DNA of 64,000 nt, taken from Paraspadella gotoi (taxonomy: Eukaryota > Animalia > Chaetognatha). The translations under genes and the position numbers were made by a program. The stretch is from assembly GCA_051294375.1 (NCBI GenBank), contig CM119263.1, positions 13,127,163-13,191,162 on the forward strand, read 5' to 3'. Below, one piece after another: positions 37,301 to 49,300 of this stretch. Each line of letters begins with the position of its first letter. The stretch's first letter is position 1. The notes beneath the pieces are model-generated. The model ran no database searches. It saw only the letters and a list, made by a program, of their open reading frames with translations, and was not told the DNA's origin.

Positions 37301-40300
37301 GATTTTTTTTTATTTTCAGCACATTTTTTCTCTTTATTTTTTGGCATGCAAAACGTTTCCTTGATTACGCAAAGTAGTAAAATGAATAGTACCAATAGTC
37401 AGTAATTCGTCTAGAATAGATGGAAAAACAAGTTTGAGCAAACAATGCCGAATCTGCCCACGATCATTATCGGTAATTAATTAATTAATTTATTCAATCT
37501 AATTAATTAGTCAATTAATTAATTTATTTGATCCGACATGTTTGTTTTTAGGTCTTTTCGTCATTGACCACAATAAAAGCAACAACGAGGATGGTGACGA
37601 TGATAATAATGCCGATAACGATTACTTGATTGACTTGATTGATTGATTTATTGATTGAGTAATTAATAAATTTATAAATAAATTGATTGATTGAATAATT
37701 AATTAATATATAAATAAATTGATTGGTTTAATAATTAATTGATTAATTGACTGCTTGATTAATTAATTATTGATTAATTAAATGACAATTGATTAATTAA
37801 CTGATTAATTAATTTATTGATTAATATATCTCGCATTTACATTTAATATAAAAAGAAACAAAATCAAAATCAATTAGTAAAATAGGTTTTTGGTTTTTTT
37901 CCTTTAAACTCATATCCACTCGGACGGTTCCATCGAAACTTCATTTCCCGCTTAATCAGACTTTCCCACCCACATACAAAAATTTAAGTCAATCCCCTAT
38001 CCAGTATCCACTCATGAGTAATTGGCGTTCAAATAGTCAAATAGATTTTTTTTTGTTTTTTCCATTTAAACTCATTTCCACTCGGACGATTCCATCGACA
38101 CTTGATTTCCAGCTTAATCACACACTCGTTTAAAAATTCGATCGAGAAGTAAGGCTTCCTAATGGCTTCTTCCATGCCGATCGTTCTCTCCAATATATTT
38201 TTGGATTTAATACATTTGAAAGAGAAAAAAAAGAAATTTCAGAATACAGGTAGCATAAATCGATCGGAAAGTATGAGAGAACTTAGGAGTATGTTTTTAT
38301 ACCACGACCTATCTACAATTTTTAATAATCGTAAGAAAACCTTTATCTCAAAGATCTATAATATGAAAAATACTGTTCTTCAGAAACTTGTTCCGTTTTT
38401 AAAACATAAGAACAATTTTTTAATTGTTTACATTTTAATTAATTAATTTTATTTAATTAACTGTTTTTTTCTCTATTTTATTATGTTTTTCGTTTGCTCA
38501 GACTTAGTCTGTTTGTTTGTTGATGATGATTGTACTGAATAAACCTTGTTGTATTCGAATAAAATCGGCTATTCCACAATATTTTAATTCTTAACTAAAA
38601 TTGATGATTACTAATAGAATAAAATTCCCCGAATGAAGGTTGTTATAGTTAAAAGAAAATTAACCAATGATGCCTTGCTTTGTGAAATATGTAGCCAGCT
38701 ATGTAATTTTGTTAAATTTTAACCTGATAAACAAGCATTGGGTCAAGCTTTTTGTTTTTAGTTGAAGATAATCAAAAATTGAGATTTTTTTTTCATAGAC
38801 AAAAGGTAAACGTTTTTTTTAATAAAATATTTATAAAAAAAAATTTTCTTAAAATTGATTTAAACTTTTAAAATTTTACAGAGGGATTGAATTTGTTAAT
38901 GCGCCACTCAAAGCAACTGGTGTTGAAACCCAAAAAGTGTTACAAAAAGAAAAGTTATCCGGAATTATTGCTTATAAAATGCTTGTGCTTTCCATGAGCA
39001 TTATTACCCCTTTTTTCGTATATTCTCTTATAAAAGAAAGCCAATCAGGAGCCAAGCATTTACAAGTAACTCTTATATAAATTTTTTATAAACATTGTAT
39101 TTTTTGAATAACTTGTGCTTAATTTATCTAGGTTTTATCAGGAGTTCGGCTTTTTTCTTTTTGGCTTGCAAACTACATTTGGGATTTTTTGTTTTTCCAT
39201 TTGCCTGTTTTATGTATTTTGATTCTCCTTATTTTATTTAACTTTGCTATTTTGGTTCAGCCGGGGCTAGATAAAATGTAAGAAATTAAAAAAAAATTAT
39301 TGGTCACTAAATCAATATATCATTAAATGAATGGATAATTTATATATTGGTTGTACCAATTTCATAAAACAAATTAAATGATTAGATTGTACTTAAATAA
39401 TTTAATAATTACTGAAAATTTGTTTATCTTTAAAATTCTTAATTTTTATAATTCAACAATATATTTTTGTTTAGTATAATAAAATTTAAAATAGCGAAAT
39501 CATTGTTTTTGTTAGTATTGTAAGCAGATAAAAAAAATTATAAAAATAAATATGGAGTTGTTTCAAAACAAAGTGTATTGGTAAATACATATTTTATTTT
39601 TCAATTTGCCTTATTATCTGGACATAAGTAACTGGTAGGAAATTAATGTTGGTTCTAACTGGTATAAGTTGAAAATATTAAAGCTTTGTTTTACTTACTA
39701 TAGAAATATTTTTTTTAAAGGTATTTAGCAATGATGCTCTATGGTTTAAGTCAGCTTTCGATGACATATGTATTTTCATTTGCTTTTAAAGATTCAGTGC
39801 TTGGAATTGTCATTTTGGTGGTAAGAATAAGTAGATATTATAACGGTACTCAAATCTGTGTTTAAAACTTTTGAAATTTTAAAATTAGAATTACTATGTT
39901 GAGAAAATTTTGCAATAAAAAAATTTATTGACATTTTATTGCTATTTTTGAAAGAAAATAACTTTTGACGTGCTCTTTAAACAAAATTTTCTCTGTGGCA
40001 TCATGTTATACTGGGAGATGTTGTCTCAGGCTATTGAATAGATATTTTCTTCATTAGCTATCTTTAATATTTTATAGCCATTTTCATTGACCCACATTCT
40101 CACCATAACTACCCCAGCCAGAACAACATTAACTATTTCCTTAATTATAATCTTATATTGAATTAAAATGTTGTAATATTAATCGTGACTATCTGATTAT
40201 CTAAATATATCTAAATTTTTATGGGCAGATATAAAGATAATAATTTAACTCGCTTAGGCTAGCCATAGCCGATGAAATTTAAATGCTAATGTATACAGCG

Positions 40301-43300
40301 TTAAAATAATCTAACATGTGCATAGATTATAGTATTACAATATTTTTTGGCAAAATTTTTTTTTTCTGAGGGTACTAGCCTAATTAAAATTATTATATTA
40401 CTATATAAAAAAAAAATTTAATTCTTAAAATTTTTTGATGGATTCTGATAGAGCATATAATTACAACTTTTAAAAATTCTTACGTTTTCTCAGTAAAAAT
40501 TAAAAAAAAAAACCGATAAAATTATCAAAAGATGATGATGATGATGACAATTTTTTCCGTTTTTTTAAATTTTTGACCTACTTAACATAAAAATATTTAA
40601 GAAAGAGTTATACTTTGTACAGACAACTTTTTATTAGCTATCTGAATCTGGTCTTAAAATTTAAAATTTCTCAAAAAAATTTTAGGCCTTTCCTATCTAT
40701 AAATAAATATTAAAAAATTAATTACTAGAGTATAGAGCCATATGAGAAATTTTTTGTCCATTGAAAGTATCATCGCAGGAGTATCAAGCTACCAAAAGCA
40801 AATCGGATCGGAGACTCGAGCGATCTCCGCGGAAATGGAATCGCCGAATCCTGATTAGTCAAGCATGGAACCGGAATCGACCAATCAGCTTGCAGGATCG
40901 TCAAAACTGTAAATTTTACCCACGTCACCGATCCTCTCTCTCAGTATAAATAGACCAAGCCTGTTTTAGTTTCAGTAGCATTGAACAAGATTCCTGCGTG
41001 TGTCTCACCGTCACCTTTATTCTCAGAATAAAATCTCTTCCTGATTTCAACCATAGAAATCCATGAGTTTTTCCATAAATGTGGTGGCAGCGGTGGGATT
41101 CTAACCCACGCCTCCGAAGAAAGTAAAAAAAGTATAAAAAAAAAAGTATAAATTTTCGTTTGAGCATGTACTCGCTCTAAATTTTTGACTCACCCATTGA
41201 GTGCAGCTACCCCTACTTAGGCTCACTGAGTCTCTATTTTCATGGTCAACACCGTCATTGAAACCTTCCGTTTTAAGGTTAACTTTTAGTCTGGTTCCCC
41301 GTGATGTTGTTATTTAATTCATTGATTCATTGAAACGTCTGCCCGTATGAAAATATGTTCTGGTGGCGGTATATTCACGCCGACTCACATCCACCTTCTT
41401 TTAGCCGGCTCAGAGGCGGAACGCACCATCCCAAGCGTTACGTTGGGTAACCGCGCCAGTGAGAGGAAGCGTCAGTGAGGGTTGTCACTAAAGCCAACAA
41501 TGAGATGCCCTATCCCAATGGTCATCACAGGCAACCCGGCTGTTGCCATATTTTATGAGTTTTTGAATGAAATAATAAAATATTGTTTATTATTGACTCT
41601 GTACAAACGACCCAAATCATAGAAAATCATAGACAATTCTCTGCATATAACGTTCTTTTCTCAAACTTGTTTTAAGAATATCTTAAGACCTGGCGTTGAT
41701 CATACAACAAGAGATAAATACAAGTTTTTTTTTTGTACACGAAAGATTGCCTTAAACACCGTGACTCTTAATAAGTGATTCACATTCTACAAACATTCTA
41801 GAATGACAGAAAAAGCTTTTATTATTATATATAAACCTCCAAAATGAAAAAAAATTAATCGTTTCAGCAAACTGATTTGTCTTTTATTTTATCTGCCATA
41901 TATATGAATACTATTCATTGAATAGGACTAAACTTTTAATATTTTTTTTTAAATTTGAAAAAAAAAAATGGCCAAGTTGCTCCAACAATTTTTTCATCAT
42001 GGTCCAAATTAATACTATTAATACAATACTTGTTTATATTTAATTATCATTTGTATAGAAATTAAGATAATATTAATTTATAGGTCATTAATGTGTTAGG
42101 CTCGATTGTTCCCGATATTCTCATTGAGTTGATAAAGGCTGTTGCATTCAAACCTGACCAAGATTTTGAAAAAGCAAAATTTGAAAATGGGTCATCAATA
42201 TTTTTTAGTATTTTCTTTTCAACCTATGTTATGGACCAAACTCTGAAAAATCTAGCCCAGGTTTGTCCTGATAAAGTAATTCGTCCATTACAAAAATATA
42301 TGAACTTCTATTTTCTCCTTGTAATTATATTTTATTCACGGCTACGTGACAAGTTATTATTAAACAAGAACTGTAATTCCAAAGTGTTGCGCTTCAGTGA
42401 CTTTCTTTCAGAAATAATTCCCGGTGATTGACTACCATAAGTTATAACACATACTGCATTGGAAATACATTTTTAATTCTTCACTTGATTTATTCAACTA
42501 TATACTATCTAGAAAAAAACTATATCACATTTAAAATAAAAGATATCTACCGAAAACTTATTTGATTTAAAAAAAATCAGAATGTTTCCGAATCTACATT
42601 GAATTTTTTTTCAATAGCTTCCATCTATTTTTGTAGGTCAAATGGTTTAGAAGTTACAGGCAAAAAAATATTGTTATTTCAAATGAAAAATGGTAAAAAA
42701 AAATATTATTTAGTTTTCTATCATTTTTGGTATTTAATTATTTGTTTTATTTTTATTTTAAATAGAGTTAGTCATTTTTTAAAATTTTTTTAATTTGGCA
42801 ATGCTAAAGGCCTTGCACCTCTTTCTGCTTCAAAAAAGTTTTATTATAGCTCTCAGAAAAAAGAGAAACATTGGGGCTGAAAAGAATTGCGTTAAAGATG
42901 TCATACCTCAATTTGCTTTATAAGAGCATACCCAGTCGATGCCGAGGAAGGGTATACCAAATATTGAGAATGTTTTACCCTTGTTTTGTATACTTTTTAT
43001 TGAATAAATGAATTATGTAATATAATTTTTTCCTAGATAGAACAAAAGGTAGCACTAGATTCGAGGTTCTTTTGGTATCAGCAAAATAAACAAAAGACCA
43101 ACCAAACATAATCCACATTGAGTTGTTCATTAATTTGTAACTGCGACTTCTGGTTTCGGGCCCGCCTTACGAAATAAATCTAATCTAATCTAATCTGAAT
43201 AATGGGTCATGTGATTTCTTTTTTCACTAGTATGTTACAAATGCACTTTAAAGTCTTATGTATGTCATTTTCATAACAAATATGAACTAAATTTTTTAAG

Positions 43301-46300
43301 TATTACCCAAGCTGAGAGCATTTTTAACATAAGTGGGACAGATTGACGGATAGACAGACACATACCGGATGGCCAACAGACTCATTGACTGACCAAAAAA
43401 GGCCTTCTTGAGTTGCGAGTACTTGTTACGCAACTAATATGTTTATGCCTAAATAATTTGTTTTTGGAGAAAGGCATAGAATAATTTTGGGTTCTGCTCC
43501 CCTCAATGAGGAAGAGGCATAGATGAGGAGTCAATATACAGTAAGGCGTAGTAAAATTTTTAAATTTAACTTTAATTAAAATTCTAAAAGTGAGGAACGA
43601 ACAACATTATACTAATGAACATTTATGTATAAAAAAAATAAATAATAAATTTTACAATTTACGCAGTAGTCTATATTTATACTAGTACTAATCCAATAAA
43701 TGTTAAAATTTCAAAACAGTTTTTTCTAAGATTTTTTTGCAGATTTGGATTCATCATAAAAAGTTGATAAAAAGAAATATAACTCTTTTTGAAAAATTCC
43801 TTCATTAAGTGGGTCAAAAATTAAAAAAGCTATATTTTAAACTAAAAACTTAAACTTTTTATATACTAAATATAGTTTTTTTAATTTTTAACCCACTTAA
43901 TGAAAGAATTTTTAAAAATAATTTATATTTTCTTTCATCAACTTTTGACGAGGAATTCAAATCTGCAATCAAAATTAAGAAAAGCCTATTTTGAATTTTT
44001 TTTATTTTATAAGGAGAGTACTAAATATAAATATAGCTTACTGCAAAAATTAAAAAAACATAAAATTATTTTTTTTTACAAATTAATATTCACTGATGGT
44101 ATGTTGTTCATAATTGACTTTTAGAATTTCCATACGTAACTTTCACTACGCTCTAATATACAGGGTCTTCGAGCTATTTTGGGAATATATTAAGATATTA
44201 ATTTGAAGCAATAAAAATTAAAATAATCTCTTGAAATTTGTTCTGATTATCTGATTATATGTATACAAAATATATTCCTATTATTGTAAGCGTCGATGAG
44301 ATTGTGCTAAGTCTAGTTTATACAACGAGATCAACGAGTACAGTTAGCCATAGCCGATGAAATTTAAATGCTAATGTATACAGCGTTAAAATAATCTATC
44401 ATGACCATAGATTATGCTATTAAAATATTTTTTTGTCAAAAATGCTTTCTTCTGAGGGTACTAGCCTAATTAAAAATATTATATTACTATATAAAGCAAA
44501 CAATTTTTTTTTTAAATTTTAAAATTTTTTGATGGATTCTGATAAAGCATAAAAAGTTAAACAAGAAATGTAATTACTGCTTTTAAAAATTCTTATGTTT
44601 TCTAAGTGAAAATATAAAAAAACTGATAAAATCATCGAAAGATGATGATAATGATGATTTTTTATGGTTTTTCTTATTTTTGATATACTTATCGTAAAAA
44701 TATTTAAAAAAGAATTATACTTTGTGTAGACAACTTTTTATGAGCTATCTGAATCTGGTCTTAAATTTTAAAAATTCTAAAAAATTTTTTTGGCCTTTCC
44801 TATTTTGTTAGGTCGAGCAAATAATCTTATTTTGTGCAACAATAACTAACGTATCGCGTAATAAAGTCCATTTTTCCATTATCCCATTAAGTTAGTTTTT
44901 TAGGCATCGACAGAGAGCTAAGATCAAAAGGTTTTTAAAAAGGTTTTAGTTTTAATCTACTTGTGACCATTCTCAAGTAATAAAAGGTTATTCCAAAAAT
45001 AACTCGAAGACCCTTTACGTGTAGCGTGGAGTGCATATCAAAAATAAATTTGAAAACCTTTTAACAAAAAAATAATTTTAAAGGGCGAAGGTATTTAAAA
45101 AATGAAAAAAAGTTTAGGCATTAAAGGAACTAACTTGAGATGTGATTTGTTATTTCATTAAAATCTTAATTAGGCTTTTTTAAAAAAAAATATTTATAAA
45201 TTTTTTAAAAATAACTATAGTGAAAAAAATTAGTATTTTTATTTTGCATTTATATTAATTATTTTTAGAAAGGAAAAACAGAAGTATCTTGTAAATTTGA
45301 TGATTTGGCTATTAGTGACGTGCAGTTCGCAATACTTCGAAATCCTGCGGTTGTTGGGTAAAATTCTCCATCAATTTGTTTTAAATAAACTGCAAACTTT
45401 CAATGCCCTCCTTAAAACAGCAATCTCACATTTAAAAAAAAAAACTATTCATAAATCCTATCGTGAGATTGGTGGTTGAAAGAACTACAACCATCAATCT
45501 TCAGCATTTTGTTATTTTAGTTTCGCTTTTCAAGATGTTTCGAATTGGGGTGGATATATATTTACCCCAGCAGATGAGCTTTGGTTCTTTAGTGAAAGTC
45601 AAATATTTCCAACTGAAATGCAAAGAAAAAGATTATACATCAAGGATTTAATCAAATCGGAAAATGTCAAGGATGCTATTTGTAAGGTAGGTTTGATTTC
45701 AATGAAGGGATTTTCCATGTGTAATTGTGTATGATTGATAGTTTCTTTGCAAATAATTGTAATCTTTAAAAATTAGTAATAGAATAAATATTGTATAAAA
45801 TTAAACAAATAAAATATCTTAAATTTAATACTTTTTACGATCTTGGAAATGAAACCAATTATATTTGATTTCCCTTGCTATTACAAAAAATTTTGTCCCC
45901 AAAAAAAAAATTTTTATACATTTTTTTAGAGTTGCTAGTAGTTAATAACTAAATTTAGAAAAAAAAATAGCACTAGGTAGGGACACAATTTGTACTCTAG
46001 TGCTAAAAGATTAAAAAATGTAGAAAAGTCTACTCCTGGTACATAACAAAAGTTTTCCTTTAAACAATTTTTATTGCAATATTATCACAATTAAGTGTAG
46101 TATGTATTATCAATTTATCATTCTAAGATATATTTATAGTAATATCCTTTGTGGACATTGTGTTGAAGTTTTTGTTCGTTGCGTTTGTAGATCTAGAAAA
46201 AAGTTTTTTTTTGTTAACAAGCATCGATTTTTTTAATGAGAAAAAACGAACATGTTTGGACTATTTTGCGAGTCTTCATCAGCATATTAAAAATAAAAAT

Positions 46301-49300
46301 TTTATATTTTTGAAAACAGGTTTTGATTTGTAAAAAAATTCACAAAACCTCTCATCAATTAATTATCTGTTAATTTAGTGAACTAATAATTCATATTTGC
46401 GTTCAGGTTTATAAAAACTTCGACTCGAATCTATTCTATGGAGATCTCATCATAAAAGGCTGTTGTGATGAAAGCTCTTCAACCGCTTATTACGAATGGA
46501 ACAAACCAGGAATTGGTCAAATGCTGACGTTTCTTGCTTGTCAAGTAAAGTGCTAATTTGGAATTTGGAATTTGGAGCTTGATTCCATTTCGGTGGTTTC
46601 TTCCCGAGTCTTTGATCCGGTTCCAGTTCTGTATCTCCTGTAATGCCCCACTAAGAAATTTAATAGATTTTGTATATAGTCCATTTAGAAAACGAGTTGA
46701 TTAACAGTTATTTCAATGGCATGATCAACTCCCCAATCGTCTTCATCTAGACAGTGTTCTTCACGGCGACCCTGGCCATCATCGAGTCCGTCAGCGCGTC
46801 CCGCAGCGGTCGAGAGCGGGGCTGCGGCGCGAAACGGAAGCTGCGTCAGCGCGATGTGGCCCACAAAAAAGACGACGATTACGGCGACGACGACCTGGAC
46901 GTCGCCGCGGAGAAATACCTGATCCGCAAGTTTTTAGGCAGCGATACGGCAAGGACAGGCCCTGGGAGCGGTGGGGGCAACCACGTGACCAACACGGGCA
47001 AAACGAGAAAGAACATGCGGTTGATGAAAGACGGCGTGGCTATGAGGACCATCACCGCTGAGGATCTCATCGTCGACGATCTCGTCAAAGCCTATGACCA
47101 CTTCGTGGCAGTAGACGGAATATCCTTCTCCGTCAGCCAGGTTTCGTGGGTGATGTTCAGGCGAAGATTATCTGGAATTTTTTTTCTTGCTTATTTGCTC
47201 CTGCAGGGCGAGTCCTTTGGTTTACTTGGAGTTAATGGCGCTGGAAAATCTACAACGTTTAAAGTTCTCAGCGGAGAAATTCAAATTACTCAAGGTATGG
47301 ATACATATATCTTTTAAAGATACAAATTTTTAATGCTGATTTTTCAGATTATTTTTCAGTAGTACGTGGGAAGGGTTTTTTTTACTTATCAGTCGTAACG
47401 AAATTCAGGCAACGTCTGGCTAACTGAGAAATACAATATTTCCAACAACTTGAGAGAAATACAACACCATCTTGGATACTGTCCGCAACACGATGGATTA
47501 ATTGCAGAATTAACAGGTGCTCTTCCTGTAAAGAAAATCTTAGACAGATTAATATTTGTCTTACAATGTTCAATTTAAATCAGGGAAAGAAATGTTGATG
47601 ATGTTCGCGTCTTTGAGAGGATTCAGAAAGGATATCGCAGTGAAAATGATAAAGGAAACGGCTGAAGCCCTTCTACTTACTGGTCTGAATGTATTGGATA
47701 TATAGCAAATATCCATATTGTGTATTAAAGCGTAGTAAAAATTTAAATTTAACTTTAATTAAAATTCTAAAAGATTATATTTGAAATTTACGCAGTAGGC
47801 TATATTTATATATAGTACTAAGTACTAACCCTATAAATGTTAAAATTTCAAAGTGGTTTTTGTAAGTTTTTTTTATTTTAAGTAAGTGTAAGTGATTTTT
47901 TTATAGATTTGGATTCGTCATGAAAAGTGGATGAAAAAAATATTACTCTTCTTTAAACATTGTATAAGTTCTTTCTATTCGTTGTATTGGTAGATTTATT
48001 AAGAAAATTTTTAATTGCAAAAACAACGATTTTTAACACAGAGACATACATGTTTCGACTCATTGTTTCGAGTCTTCATCAACGCTTTTTTAAAAATACT
48101 TTCATTAAGTTTGTCCAAAATTAAAAAACTTATATTTTAAACTGAAAATTAACTTTTTATATATTAAATATAGTTTTTGAAATTTTTAACCTACTTAAAT
48201 TAAGTCTTAATGAAATAATTTTCAAAAATGATTTATGTTTTCAACTTTCGCTGAGGTATTCAAATCTGCCATCAAAATTAAGAAAAGCCCATTTAAAAAT
48301 TTTAAGATTTTCTAAAGATAGTAATATATATAAATATAGCCTACTACGAAAATTTAAAAAAAAACATTAAATTAATTTTTTTTAATAAATTGATTTAATT
48401 GACTTTTAGAATTAACTTTCATTACGCTATATTGTGAATATTGTATAATCCTGATGTAGGTGCGATAATGCTTTGTTTAAAAAGTGTTTAAAAATTTTCC
48501 ACAAAAACCTTTTGGAAATAGTAGTATATTTCTAATTCGTATGATTTCTTCGCATATTTTTTCTTACCGAGTCGTTCCAACGTCACCCAACCAGAGCATC
48601 TCGATCGACAATGCGGGAGCTACAGCGGCGGCAACAAACGCAAGTTGAGCGTCGCCATAGCAATGATCGGGAAACCAAAACTCGTGCTATTGGACGAGCC
48701 GTCGACGGGTGAGATCGGTGAAAGGGTTGACAATGGAGTTGGTTTGTTAGTAAGACTTGAGCTTGCTGACTCTGAATAACATTTTAACATTTAACATTTT
48801 AACCAAAGAACACTACTTTTTTTCATTCAGGTGTGGATCCAATAGCTCGACGAAAATTGTGGGATGCTATCATACAAATTCGTGATTCCGGGGAGCAAAG
48901 TATTATACTTACTTCGCACGTTATGGAGGTTAGTGAAAAAAAATTAAATGAAGTTGCCGAGTAGTAAATGAAGTTTTTTTTTTTAAATTTTTTATTTTCA
49001 CAATGTATTTTGTTGTGTGATTCTCAACAAAATCGTCAGGAATGCGAGGTTTTGTGCAGCAGACTTTGCATCATGGTGAAAGGTCGGATGAAATGCATCG
49101 GGACACCACAATATCTAAAGTCAAAATTCGCTCAAGGTTTGACAGTTGCATCGTTTAATTTATCAACCTCAATTCGTTAAGAAAGCAAATCAATCTTTTC
49201 TCTTTTCAAGGCTACACTGTCTTCGTCGAGTTTGCTTCCGACTTGAACGTCAATGAATGCAAAGTCAAGTTCGAAACTGAATTAGAAAACAAATTTGTGG

